Shown here: positions 18,274 to 28,031 of the stretch, in pieces
Layout of the letters: the number at the start of each line of letters is the position of its first letter
How positions within the stretch are numbered: the first letter of the stretch is position 1
Assembly (NCBI GenBank): GCA_036405415.1
Contig: DASWXP010000002.1
Location: 427,678-491,677 of the forward strand
From: Minisyncoccota bacterium
GTDB lineage: Bacteria > Patescibacteriota > Minisyncoccia > Phycocordibacterales > Phycocordibacteraceae
Reading direction: 5' to 3'
Length of the DNA stretch: 64,000 nucleotides
Program-made: the position numbers and the translations under genes
The notes under the pieces: generated by a model
Told to the model about the DNA's origin: nothing
Database searches by the model: none
Seen by the model: the letters and a program-made list of their open reading frames with translations, nothing else

Positions 18274-19455
18274 CTAGCGTGCGATGTCCCACGGCGGGAA
18301 GGATATATCCGAGAGGTCCCCTTCCCTGCCGAGTAGCGCTTCCTTCGGGAGCGCCCGCAGATTGAAGTGACTGGCCATAGAGAATCCGTATGCGCCAGCG
18401 TTCCTGATAGCAAGAAGCTCTCCGATCTCCGGGAGCAGCATGGAGCGGTCTATCGCAAGCAAGTCCCCTGATTCGCATATGTTCCCCGCAACCGTTATGT
18501 GGGCCTTCTTGCCGCTCCTGCGACCTACTATATCTATCGGATGATACGCGCCGTACATCGCATGACGAATGAGATGGTTGAAGCCGGTGTTCACGCCCAC
18601 GAAGGTGCGCTTCGCTGTTTCCTTAACGTCTGTTACGGATGTTACGAGCGTGCCACTCTCCGCAACGATGAAACGTCCAGGCTCCATAGCGAACACAATC
18701 TCTCTGCCCTTCTGGTCCTTAAAATCGCGCAACAGGGCGCGCATGTTCTTTCCGAGTGTCTTGAGATCAAGTTCCCATTCCTCCGGGCGGTACGGGATCC
18801 CGAGCCCGCCACCGAAATCTACGTGCGCTACATCAGGAAACTTCCCCGCAGTTCCAAGAAGCGCACGTACCGCTTTGAGGAACGTGTCAGCATCAAGGAC
18901 ATTCGAACCTATGTGCTGCTGGATGCCGGTTATGCGCAGCCCGTACGAAACAGCTATCTCTTTGGCTTTCGGTATGTCCTTGAGCGTGATGCCGAACTTG
19001 CTGTTAGGTCCGCCCGTCATGACATGCGCATGATGCCCGGCACCGATGCCCTGATTGATCCTGAGTGAGACATTCTTTCCGAGGCCGTTCCTGCCCCATA
19101 TTTCGAGCTGCGTGAGTGAATCTAGGTTTATACGGGCTCCTGAGCCTGCAGCTTTCACGAGCTCCGCTTCTGAAAGGCTGGAACAAGTGAAGCTCAGGGT
19201 CCTTGCCGGGAATCCTGCTCTCTTAGCAGCACTGAGTTCTCCCAGACTCACTGCCTCTGCCCCGATTCCCTCTTCCCTGATTATCCTCAGGACCTGGGGG
19301 TTCGCATTGGCCTTAACGGCATAATGAAACTCTATTTCGGGGAAATGACGCTTTAGCTTCTGGCACTGTGCCCGAATGACGCTTTCTTCATAGACGTACA
19401 CCGGAGTCCCGAACATGTCGGCCGCACGCACGAAGTGCGAATCGTCTCGTTTCAT
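18274..19455 (-). CDS. lysA: diaminopimelate decarboxylase (PLP-dependent, Orn/DAP/Arg decarboxylase family)
   Basis: FHYAVKAN PLP-lysine motif, GGG region and a CESGD C-terminal motif. Start set at MKRDDSHF because the longer ORF would run through the tRNA-Arg gene. Confidence 0.85.
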   Translation of the reverse strand: MKRDDSHFVRAADMFGTPVYVYEESVIRAQCQKLKRHFPEIEFHYAVKANANPQVLRIIREEGIGAEAVSLGELSAAKRAGFPARTLSFTCSSLSEAELVKAAGSGARINLDSLTQLEIWGRNGLGKNVSLRINQGIGAGHHAHVMTGGPNSKFGITLKDIPKAKEIAVSYGLRITGIQQHIGSNVLDADTFLKAVRALLGTAGKFPDVAHVDFGGGLGIPYRPEEWELDLKTLGKNMRALLRDFKDQKGREIVFAMEPGRFIVAESGTLVTSVTDVKETAKRTFVGVNTGFNHLIRHAMYGAYHPIDIVGRRSGKKAHITVAGNICESGDLLAIDRSMLLPEIGELLAIRNAGAYGFSMASHFNLRALPKEALLGREGDLSDISFPPWDIAR

Positions 19456-19457
19456 AC

Positions 19458-19532
19458 TGGTGCCTCCGCCAGGACTCGAACCTGGAACGACAGTTCCGAA
19501 GACTGTTGTGATATCCATTTCACCACAGAGGC
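19458..19532 (-). tRNA. tRNA-Arg (anticodon TCG) with genomically encoded 3' CCA
   Basis: Acceptor GCCTCTG/CGGAGGC, anticodon loop CTTCGGA, T-loop TTCGAGT, terminal ACCA. Confidence 0.8.
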
Positions 19533-19592
19533 CTGCCCCTGATAGTACGCGACGACTAGGAGAAAGGCCACTCACGTACTAGTATTTCGGAT

Positions 19593-21056
19593 ATGAAATA
19601 CGCGGTTCCCCTCGAGGTTTCCCGTGTAACCGCTTCCCTGCGCGATGCCGGATATGAGGCATATCTCGTGGGCGGTTGCGTACGCGATCTCCTTCTCAAC
19701 CGCACCCCAAAGGACTGGGACGTTACCACGAATGCGAAGCCTGAGCACATCCAGGCGGTCTTCCCTGAATCCTTCTACGAGAACGACTTCGGGACCGTTG
19801 GCGTAAAGACCGGGAGCGAAGACCCCAAGCTCGCGATCATTGAAGTAACTCCGTACCGCACAGAGTCTGGATATTCGGACAAGCGCCGTCCGGACGCAGT
19901 TGCCTTTGGGGATAACCTCGAGGAGGATCTTGCCCGTCGTGACTTCACGATAAATGCCATTGCCCTTGATGATTCTAAAGGACAGCTTGTTGACCCTTAT
20001 AAAGGACAAAAGGACATAGAATCGAAGGTTCTGCGTACCGTGGGTTCCCCTACCGAGCGGTTTGAGGAGGATGCACTGCGTCTTATGCGCGCGATTCGTC
20101 TCGTTGCCGAGCTCCATTTCGCGCTTGATACGGACACGGCAGCAGCCATCCAGGAAAAGGGCTCTAATCTGGGACACATTTCACGTGAAAGAGTCCGCGA
20201 CGAGTTCGTCCGGATCCTCAATTCCTCGCAGCCGATGATGGCGCTCGTCCTATGCCAGCAGCTCGGAATCCTTACCTACATTGCTCCAGATCTCACTCGA
20301 GGTGTAGGCATAGAGCAGAATCAGGCCCATAGCTATGATGTTTTTGGGCACCTCATGCGTTCCCTTCAGCACGCTGCTGACAAGGAATGGAGCTTTGATA
20401 TACGCCTTGCGGCGGTATTCCATGATGTTTCCAAACCTGAAACTCGCCGCTGGTCTGACGAGAAGCGGGACTGGACGTTCCATGGCCATGAGGTTGTAGG
20501 CGCTCGGGTAACCAAAAAAGCCTTGGAAAACCTGCGTTTTTCACGTGAAACTATAGAAAAGGTTACTAAACTGGTCCGCTGGCACATGTTCTTCTCCGAC
20601 CCAGAGCAGATTACCCTTTCGGCGGTTCGTCGCATGATCCGGAACGTTGGAGAGGAAAATATCTGGGATCTCCTGAATCTCCGCATCTGCGACCGCATCG
20701 GCACCGGACGCCCTAAGGAGCAGCCGTTCCGCTTCCGCAAGTACAAGGCCATGGTTGAGGAGGCGCTCAGAGATCCAATCTCTGTAGGAATGCTCAAGAC
20801 TGACGGAAATCGCATTATGGAGAAGTTCCACGTGCAACCGGGTCCCAAGATTGGCTTTGCCCTGCACGCCCTCCTTGAAGAGGTTCTTGAGGATCCTAAG
20901 AAGAATACTGAGGAATATCTGGATTCCCGCACTGAAGAGCTACTTGGGCTTTCAGAGCAGGAACTTAAAGCCCTGGGAGAATCCGGAAAGAAGCGAAGGG
21001 AGGTCGAAGAGGAGAGGGAAATACGAGAAATCCTCGAAAGGCACCATGTTTGCTAG
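19593..21056 (+). CDS. cca: CCA-adding enzyme / tRNA nucleotidyltransferase with HD domain
   Basis: PolyA_pol head domain (GGCVRDLLL, DWDV) and an HD domain (FHDVSKP). Confidence 0.85.
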   Translation: MKYAVPLEVSRVTASLRDAGYEAYLVGGCVRDLLLNRTPKDWDVTTNAKPEHIQAVFPESFYENDFGTVGVKTGSEDPKLAIIEVTPYRTESGYSDKRRPDAVAFGDNLEEDLARRDFTINAIALDDSKGQLVDPYKGQKDIESKVLRTVGSPTERFEEDALRLMRAIRLVAELHFALDTDTAAAIQEKGSNLGHISRERVRDEFVRILNSSQPMMALVLCQQLGILTYIAPDLTRGVGIEQNQAHSYDVFGHLMRSLQHAADKEWSFDIRLAAVFHDVSKPETRRWSDEKRDWTFHGHEVVGARVTKKALENLRFSRETIEKVTKLVRWHMFFSDPEQITLSAVRRMIRNVGEENIWDLLNLRICDRIGTGRPKEQPFRFRKYKAMVEEALRDPISVGMLKTDGNRIMEKFHVQPGPKIGFALHALLEEVLEDPKKNTEEYLDSRTEELLGLSEQELKALGESGKKRREVEEEREIREILERHHVC

Positions 21057-21532
21057 AAATTTTCACGTGGAACACCGAAATATCTAGTATTTAAGGCGTT
21101 CTACTCTCCAAACGCATTGTTTCATGTGAAAACAGAAAGGCCGCAGGAAGCGGCCTCTGTAATGTCTGATTCTACCGAGCGGCGAGCAAGAAATGGGGTT
21201 AGGGGCTTTGGAATGAGGCCCGCCAATAGAGATGGTTGAATCTGACAGAATGAACTGATGATTGTGCTTTCACGTGGAACGGGACGCGAGCCGGACCCAG
21301 TTTAGTGTGAGGGAGATACGCTCCGAAGTTCGTTGGACAGCTGCTAGCTACACGTGATTTGCACCTGATAGGGCACAAAGAGCGCGCAAAGAACATTCGC
21401 CTCCCGAGGGAAGGCATACGACTCTCACGAGCGTTACCGACCCCTCAGGTCCTTATAGATAGTACCGCTCTATAGGACATAGTAAAGGACAACTTTGTGG
21501 ATTAGGTGGATAACTTTGTCTTTTATTGTCCT

Positions 21533-22327
21533 TTAAAGCGTAATGGACACGGGGCAGTGGTCAGATCCGAGAATGTCCGGATGAATTTCGGCTTTCTTGA
21601 TCTTCTTGGAAAGCTTTTTTGAAACGAACACGTAGTCGATGCGCCAGCCGACATTCCGCTCACGAGCCTTGGCAAAATGGCTCCACCACGTGTAATGCCC
21701 GTTTCCTTCTGTGAATAGACGGAACGTGTCTACAAACCCTGCCGCAACGATGTTATCGATTCCTTCGCGCTCCTCATCGGTAAAGCCTTTAACGCCTACG
21801 TTCTGCTTGGGGCGGGCAAGATCGTCCGGAGTATGCGCAACGTTCAAATCGCCGCAGAAAATAACGGCTTTTTCCTCCTCAAGCCGCTTCATGTATTCAA
21901 GAAATGCAGGGTCCCAGTGCCTATACCGAAGCGGGAGACGAGAGAGGTCGTCCTTGGCGTTCGGGGTATAGACCGAGACTACGTAGAAATCGCCCATATC
22001 CGCCGCTATTATGCGTCCCTCCTCGTTTGGGTCTCCGTATCCGTCGTCTGCCAAGCCGTGCTTCTTAGCAATATCTTCCGGCATGCCGAAGAGCACGTTC
22101 TTTGGAACCTTCTTTGAGAAGATAGCGGTTCCGCTGTATCCCTTCTTGTTCTTCGCTGAATACCAGTATTCTTCGTATCCCTTGAGATCAACAGGGGACT
22201 GGTGCTGTTCGGCCTTGGTTTCCTGAAGACAGATGATGTCCGGTTTCAATTCTTCGAGGAAGGGAACGAAAAGACCCTTCTTATGAACTGCACGGATGCC
22301 GTTAACGTTCCAGGAGACGATTTTCAT
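21533..22327 (-). CDS. xthA: exodeoxyribonuclease III (AP endonuclease)
   Basis: SWNVNG and the catalytic His motif SDHCP at the C-terminus. Confidence 0.9.
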   Translation of the reverse strand: MKIVSWNVNGIRAVHKKGLFVPFLEELKPDIICLQETKAEQHQSPVDLKGYEEYWYSAKNKKGYSGTAIFSKKVPKNVLFGMPEDIAKKHGLADDGYGDPNEEGRIIAADMGDFYVVSVYTPNAKDDLSRLPLRYRHWDPAFLEYMKRLEEEKAVIFCGDLNVAHTPDDLARPKQNVGVKGFTDEEREGIDNIVAAGFVDTFRLFTEGNGHYTWWSHFAKARERNVGWRIDYVFVSKKLSKKIKKAEIHPDILGSDHCPVSITL

Positions 22328-22358
22328 GTCCCCATTCTATATCGTTCCGTACTGTCTG

Positions 22359-23267
22359 CTAGACCCGCCTCGAGTGAAACTTCTTGTGCACCTCCCGCAG
22401 ATGCGCATCGGTAACGTGCGTGTAGATCTGGGTCGTATTGATAGAGGCGTGGCCAAGCAGCTGCTGCACGGAGCGAATATCTGCGCCATTTGAGAGGAGA
22501 TCCGTAGCAAATGAGTGGCGCAGGACGTGAGGCGTAACTTTCTTCGTAATGCCTGCCTTTGCGGCATACGTTTTCATAAGAAGCTCTATGGAGCGGGGAG
22601 TGAGGCGGGTAGGGGGGCGCTTTTTCGCTTCCTTTACGCGCGCGACCGATACAAAGAGGGCAGGTTCCATGTCCGTACGGGCTTTAAGGTAGGCCCGTAC
22701 CGCATTCTTTGCGGCTTCAGAAAGGAATACGACGCGTACCTTGTCGCCCTTTCCGCGGATAGAGAAGTCGTCTCGAGAGAGATCAAGGTCCGAATCGAGG
22801 GAACAGAGCTCAGAAACACGGAGTCCCGTAGAGAAGAAGAGCTCCAGTATCGCCTTATCCCGGAGCGAGCGCTCGTCAGTCCCATCCGCTGCGGCAAGGA
22901 GGCGCTCAAGCTCCGTATTCGAGATTAGGTCCAAGTGACGTTCAGGAACCTTCGCAAGCTCTATCTTTTCTGGGGAAAGGGAAGCGATATCGCGCTTCCT
23001 GAGGAACTTCAGGTATGCGCGCAGGGCAATGAGGTAGTAATTCTGCGTGCGACGCTTCATCGAGTCCTTGTTCGTGCCCGGCTGGCGGTTCAGCCAGAGA
23101 CGGAACTCGCGCACTTTCTCCTCCGTGATGTCAGATGCGTTCTTAATGTCGCCCCACTCGAAGAAACGGGTAAGGTAATGGTCATAATTCTCGACCGTTT
23201 TCACCGCCCGGCCGCGCTCAATCTCGATATATTCGAGGAATTCGCGTTTCATCTGCCGGGCATCCAT
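22359..23267 (-). CDS. tyrosine recombinase XerC/XerD family
   Basis: Catalytic R..HxxR..Y (HVLRHSFAT, LLGHASINTTQIYTHV). Confidence 0.85.
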   Translation of the reverse strand: MDARQMKREFLEYIEIERGRAVKTVENYDHYLTRFFEWGDIKNASDITEEKVREFRLWLNRQPGTNKDSMKRRTQNYYLIALRAYLKFLRKRDIASLSPEKIELAKVPERHLDLISNTELERLLAAADGTDERSLRDKAILELFFSTGLRVSELCSLDSDLDLSRDDFSIRGKGDKVRVVFLSEAAKNAVRAYLKARTDMEPALFVSVARVKEAKKRPPTRLTPRSIELLMKTYAAKAGITKKVTPHVLRHSFATDLLSNGADIRSVQQLLGHASINTTQIYTHVTDAHLREVHKKFHSRRV

Positions 23268-23360
23268 ACCCTAGAAGGGTAGCATGCGGTTCGCACAATA
23301 TTTTGCCGCCCCATAAGGAAACACTTGCGCTTTTAATCAAGGTGTGGTAGGGTATGGCCA

Positions 23361-23627
23361 ATGCTAACGAAACGAGTGAAGACCGCGGTAGTTAAGGACG
23401 CGGCCCGACATGACACTGACACCGGTTCTCCGGATGTGCAGGTCGCTATCCTTACCCGCAAGATCACGGAGCTTACGACCCATCTCAAGAAGAACAAGAA
23501 GGATTTCCATTCCCGTCGCGGTCTTCTCCAGATGGTCGCTGACCGTCGTACCCATCTTCGCTACCTCGAGAAGAACGATAAGCGCCGTTACAGCGCGATC
23601 GTGAAGAAGCTGGGGCTCAAGAAGTAG
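23361..23627 (+). CDS. rpsO: 30S ribosomal protein S15
   Basis: 88 aa with DTGSPDVQVAILT and HSRRGLLQMV motifs. Confidence 0.9.
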   Translation: MLTKRVKTAVVKDAARHDTDTGSPDVQVAILTRKITELTTHLKKNKKDFHSRRGLLQMVADRRTHLRYLEKNDKRRYSAIVKKLGLKK

Positions 23628-23733
23628 GGAACTCGCGGGCACAAGCCCGCGATTCTCATTTCGTAGCAGTGCTAGAATATAACCAGGGTTCCTCTGAGCC
23701 CGCTTACAACCCGTTTTAATACATCAATCCGCT

Positions 23734-24249
23734 ATGCCCGTGATCAAGCATCCGGCGCAGCGTGTAGGGGTCTTCATCGATACTCAGAACCTCTACCACA
23801 GCGCCAAACATCTTTATAAATCCCGCGTTAACTTCGCGAACGTCCTCGAAGAGGCTGTGGGGGACCGCGTCCTCGTGCGTGCTATCGCCTACGTCATCTC
23901 GACCGAAAGCGGGGAAGAGAGCGCGTTCTTCGACGCCCTCACCAAGATTGGCATCGAGACCAAGGTGAAAGGCCTTCAGGTGTTCTCAGACGGCGCCAAG
24001 AAGGCCGACTGGGACGTAGGGCTCGCCATCGACGCCGTAAAGCTCGCGCCGAAGCTCGATACCGTGATTCTTGCGACTGGGGACGGCGACTTCGTCCCGC
24101 TCATCGAATACCTCGATATGAACCAGGGCTGCCAGGTGGAAGTCATTTCCTTCGGCAAGTCCTCCTCCCAGAAGCTGAAGGAAGCCGCACATGCCTTCAC
24201 CGACATGTGCGAGAACCCGAAGCGGTTCATAATCGGCTCGAGAGGGTAG
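23734..24249 (+). CDS. NYN-domain (LabA-like) protein
   Basis: VGVFIDTQNL, ATGDGDF and conserved Asp positions of the PIN-like NYN fold. Confidence 0.7.
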   Translation: MPVIKHPAQRVGVFIDTQNLYHSAKHLYKSRVNFANVLEEAVGDRVLVRAIAYVISTESGEESAFFDALTKIGIETKVKGLQVFSDGAKKADWDVGLAIDAVKLAPKLDTVILATGDGDFVPLIEYLDMNQGCQVEVISFGKSSSQKLKEAAHAFTDMCENPKRFIIGSRG

Positions 24250-24312
24250 TCCCTCCTATGCACGCCCCGCGCACGAAATGCGCGGGGCGTTGCGGTTATA
24301 CTGCAGAGAGTC

Positions 24313-25884
24313 ATGGCGACCACCGACCAGCCTGTACCGACACCGGAGCCGAGCGCCCCTGTCGACCGCTCCCAGTTCATCCGCACCATGGCAAAGGACA
24401 TGGCGGCGGCTGGCGGCGCGAACGCAAATGTGCGTCCGCTTCCTGCTCCCGCACCAAAGAGGGAAGAGGTCCCTGTCGCGGGCGTAACGCTTCCGAAGAC
24501 CGAAGAGCCGTTCTTCGAGCGCCCGCAGTCCCGCGCTGAGCGCGAAGCAGACATACCAGTACCGCTTCCGTCGATGCAGGAAGCCGGGGCGATCGTTGCG
24601 CCGAAAGAAGATCGAGAAGCGGTGCTCGCGCGCCTTCGCGAGAAGGTGAGCCAGAGCGCGAACATGTCTATCCAGCAGTCTCCGGCGCCTGCAGTCCCTG
24701 CGCCCGCTGCTCCTGCAGCAGAGAAGTCATGGCCCGATATCCCTGCACCGCCAGCCAGCTTCGCTGCTCCTGCGGCCGCACCTGAACCTGTTCCAGCCGC
24801 TCCTGCTCAGCCTGAGTGGCAGAACGTCCCGAATCCTGCTCCCGCGTTCACGCCAATGGCTGAGCCACAGCCTGCGCGCATCCCGCCGCTTGAGCGCGCT
24901 CCGGGGAGGGATACGTATCGCGAGCCCGTCGAAGAGGCGCTGCCAGCGCGCCCGAACGCTGCGCCTGCACCCGACCGGATGCACACATACTCCTCAGATT
25001 TCGCTAAGCGCATCGATACCCAGGGCGCGTCCACGTTCTCCGTGCTCGCTGCCGAGCAGGACTCGGCAACGCCGCGCGTAGCGGCACCGGTAAAGAAGCA
25101 AGGCAGCGGGAAGGCGATGCTTGCCATCGGAAGCGGCGTACTCCTCATAGCGCTTGCGGTTGGCGGCGTGTTCTTGACCTACCAGTTCGTCATGACCATG
25201 CGCGACACGCCTATCGCAGCGCTCACCGTACCGTCCATCGTGGTCGCTGACGAATACGAGGAGCTCTCCGGCACTGGAGACGAGCTCATGCGCGCGCTCG
25301 CGACGAGTGCAGGCGGGGCAGTAGTCCCCGGGAACGTGATTGTCACCTACATCCTTGAGGACATGACCGAAGAGGGCGGCGGCATCGTGAAGAGCCCTGC
25401 CGGCGGGGCAGCGTTCCTTCGCGCGCTCCAGGTACCGGCTCCGGATATCCTCCTTCGCAACATCGCAAAGGAGAGCGCTGCGGGCGTCGTGAACACTGGC
25501 AGCGAATCAAGCGTATTCTTCGCGCTTCGCGTTGACTCGTATGAGCGCACCTACGCAGGCATGCTTACCTGGGAGCCGCTCATGCTGCGAGACCTTTCCA
25601 TACTCTATCCGCTCTACCCGACAGAGGCGGCTCCTGAGCCTGTAGCCACAACCACGGCCACGTCGACCGCCGCGACCACGACGCCCGTAGCGCTCGATCC
25701 GGTTCCCGCAAGCGCGCTTTCCCGGTTCTCGGACGCGGTTGTCGCGAACCATGACGTCCGCGTATTGCGCGATACTGCGGGCCGCTCACTTCTTTTGTAC
25801 GGCTACGCCGACAAGCGCACGCTCATAATCGCCCGCGACGAGGCGGCGTTTGAGGCGCTGCTTCCGCGACTTAAGGCTGAGTAG
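24313..25884 (+). CDS. Pro/Ala-rich single-TM hypothetical protein
   Basis: Low-complexity N-terminal half, one TM helix (AMLAIGSGVLLIALAVGGVFL) and a C-terminal globular region. Confidence 0.5.
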   Translation: MATTDQPVPTPEPSAPVDRSQFIRTMAKDMAAAGGANANVRPLPAPAPKREEVPVAGVTLPKTEEPFFERPQSRAEREADIPVPLPSMQEAGAIVAPKEDREAVLARLREKVSQSANMSIQQSPAPAVPAPAAPAAEKSWPDIPAPPASFAAPAAAPEPVPAAPAQPEWQNVPNPAPAFTPMAEPQPARIPPLERAPGRDTYREPVEEALPARPNAAPAPDRMHTYSSDFAKRIDTQGASTFSVLAAEQDSATPRVAAPVKKQGSGKAMLAIGSGVLLIALAVGGVFLTYQFVMTMRDTPIAALTVPSIVVADEYEELSGTGDELMRALATSAGGAVVPGNVIVTYILEDMTEEGGGIVKSPAGGAAFLRALQVPAPDILLRNIAKESAAGVVNTGSESSVFFALRVDSYERTYAGMLTWEPLMLRDLSILYPLYPTEAAPEPVATTTATSTAATTTPVALDPVPASALSRFSDAVVANHDVRVLRDTAGRSLLLYGYADKRTLIIARDEAAFEALLPRLKAE

Positions 25885-25926
25885 GGGACTGGATTTCCCC
25901 GATCCGATTCATGCTAGAGTACCGGC

Positions 25927-26280
25927 ATGAATACCGAACATTTCCGCACCCGCCTTACGGAAGAGAAGGCTCGCCTCGAGGCTGAGCTCGCGACCGTAGG
26001 CCGCAAGAACCCGAGCAACCCGAACGACTGGGAGGCTGTCCCTGAAGAGACCGGACTCGAAGCCGATCCGAACGATCGTGCAGACCAGATGGAGGAATTC
26101 GGCAATAACAATGCCATCCTCGTAGACCTAGAGGCCCGCTACAACGACGTTCTCGCCGCGCTCGCGCGTCTTGAGGAGGGAACGTACGGCGTCTGCGAAG
26201 TTTCCGGGGAGGAGATCGAGGAGGAGCGTCTTGAGGCGGATCCTGCGGCACGCACCTGCAAGGCGCACCTCAACGGATAG
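25927..26280 (+). CDS. DksA/TraR-family C4 zinc-finger protein
   Basis: Coiled-coil N-terminus and a C-terminal C..C...C..C-like motif GVCEVSGEEI..ARTCKAH. Confidence 0.65.
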   Translation: MNTEHFRTRLTEEKARLEAELATVGRKNPSNPNDWEAVPEETGLEADPNDRADQMEEFGNNNAILVDLEARYNDVLAALARLEEGTYGVCEVSGEEIEEERLEADPAARTCKAHLNG

Positions 26281-26283
26281 CGT

Positions 26284-26952
26284 ATGGGTACGCTCCTGGT
26301 TAAGGACGTGCTCTCGTACGGCTGGAATACTTTCCGTGCGCGTCCGTGGCTCTTCGTTCAGGCAGGCATACTGCTGCTTCTCGTGAACCTCGGTGTGAGC
26401 CTCGTGCAGTCCGTGTTCGAAGCGGGCGCGGAGCTCGGCGACGGGGCAGTCGTAGCGATCGTCGGCCTTGCTTCGGCTGCGTTCGGCATGGCGGTATCGT
26501 TCTTCGTGTCGATGGGAGAGACCGCCTTCTTCCTCAAGGCGCATGACAAGGTCACGGAAGCGTCCCTCAAGGACCTCTGGCACCCGAAGCCGTTCTGGAA
26601 CTTCGTGGGCGCATCCATCCTTGCGGGTATCGCGATTATCCTCGGATTCATCGCACTCATCATCCCGGGTATCATCCTCGGCATCCTCTTCATGTTCGTG
26701 GGGTATATCGTGATCGATCAGGGTCTGAAACCTATCGATGCGCTCAAGCGCAGCTGGGAGCTTACGAAGGGCAGCCGCTGGAAGCTGTTCTTTCTCTCGC
26801 TCGCGCTCATTGGCATCAACATCCTTGGCCTTCTCGCGCTTCTTATAGGACTTCTCGTATCGGTTCCAGTATCGTTCCTTGCGGTAACGCATGCGTACCG
26901 CACCCTTTCAGGAAAGGGAGTCGTGGAAGCTCCAGAAGAGGCTACGGCCTAG
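26284..26952 (+). CDS. polytopic membrane protein, hypothetical
   Basis: Five or six hydrophobic segments; no recognisable motif. Confidence 0.5.
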   Translation: MGTLLVKDVLSYGWNTFRARPWLFVQAGILLLLVNLGVSLVQSVFEAGAELGDGAVVAIVGLASAAFGMAVSFFVSMGETAFFLKAHDKVTEASLKDLWHPKPFWNFVGASILAGIAIILGFIALIIPGIILGILFMFVGYIVIDQGLKPIDALKRSWELTKGSRWKLFFLSLALIGINILGLLALLIGLLVSVPVSFLAVTHAYRTLSGKGVVEAPEEATA

Positions 26953-27008
26953 CGAATCTGATAACGCAAAAGCCCTCCGAACCGGAGGGCTTTTGCTTGT
27001 CTCGGAAA

Positions 27009-28031
27009 CTAGGATCCGAACGGATTCTTCGCGCCGCGTACCTCGAAGTGGAGGTGATAGCCGGTGGACTGCCCGGTATTGCCCACGGTACCGATGGACT
27101 GGCCACGAGATACCGTCTCACCGACCGATACCGTGTCCGTGCTCATGTGCGCGTACAGGGTCTGCACGCCGTTGCCATGATCGATAACTACGTAGTTGCC
27201 GTAGCCTCCGTTCCAGCCGCCGACACGCGAGACGATAACGGTTCCGCCAGCGGCAGCGTAGATAGGGGAGCCTGACGGTGCCGCGATATCGACGCCGTTC
27301 CAGCCGTGGATGCCCTGGGAAAGGCGCCCTGCCGGAGCCGGGTTCGTGAACGAACCTGAGAACGAGGAGTCTGAAGTGTTTCCGGTTGACTTCACGCTGC
27401 CCATGGAGCCGCCAGTCTTGATCTTTGATACTGATGAAGAAGAGGACTTCGCAACGGTCTTCGCCTTTGCAGCCGGCGCGCTTGCGAGCTCGCCGCCAGG
27501 AATGATGACGGTAGTGCCCTTCACGAGCTCGTCTACCGAGGAAATGCCGTTGTACGAGGCGATCTCGCTCGCGTCCGAGCTGTACTTCTTCGCGATAGAG
27601 GCGAGGGTATCGCCAGAAGCGACCGTGTACCGGACGCCTGAGACCGGAAGGATGATGAGCGACATGCCTGGGCGGAGGTCGTTCCTGCCGATGTTGTTGG
27701 CCCAGAGGATGGTGTTCCCGGATACGTCGAACATATCCGCGATGCCCGAAAGGGAATCGCCCTCGCGCACTATATACGTGGAGATCTTGCCGTTATTGCT
27801 TGCACGATCGATGTCGGCAATCGTACCCTCAGGGCCTGAATAGGCGATAAGGGCGGAACCGCCGGTCATGGAAACGCCGCCGCGGCCCTTGGCAGGGTTC
27901 GGATCCGGGTTCGTCGCAGCCTCAAGGAGATCAAGGCTGCTGTCATGCACCATGGGTACGGAGGAACCTCCGTCTGACGCGTTTGTTACGGAAAATGGCC
28001 AGAATGCGCTTGCGGCGTTCGGCAGAAGCAC
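27009..28031 (-). CDS. M23-family metallopeptidase with two LysM domains
   Basis: LysM motifs (GDSLSGIA, GDTLASIAKKY) and the M23 catalytic HxxxD...HLHFE region. Confidence 0.85.
   Translation of the reverse strand: MLLPNAASAFWPFSVTNASDGGSSVPMVHDSSLDLLEAATNPDPNPAKGRGGVSMTGGSALIAYSGPEGTIADIDRASNNGKISTYIVREGDSLSGIADMFDVSGNTILWANNIGRNDLRPGMSLIILPVSGVRYTVASGDTLASIAKKYSSDASEIASYNGISSVDELVKGTTVIIPGGELASAPAAKAKTVAKSSSSSVSKIKTGGSMGSVKSTGNTSDSSFSGSFTNPAPAGRLSQGIHGWNGVDIAAPSGSPIYAAAGGTVIVSRVGGWNGGYGNYVVIDHGNGVQTLYAHMSTDTVSVGETVSRGQSIGTVGNTGQSTGYHLHFEVRGAKNPFGS

Noticed and set aside
18274-19575. 433-aa ORF for lysA including 40 extra N-terminal residues
   Set aside because: The extension would cover the tRNA-Arg(TCG) gene. 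A conserved start, MKRDDSHFVRAAD, lies at 19455.
21060-21530. Possible tmRNA, RNase P RNA or SRP RNA in the long cca-xthA spacer
   Set aside because: I looked for the tmRNA tRNA-like 3' end (GGTTCGAATCC...CCA), the RNase P P4 consensus (AGGAAAGTCCGGGC) and the SRP domain IV GGAA tetraloop context. None was found by eye. It is reported as an open question rather than a feature.
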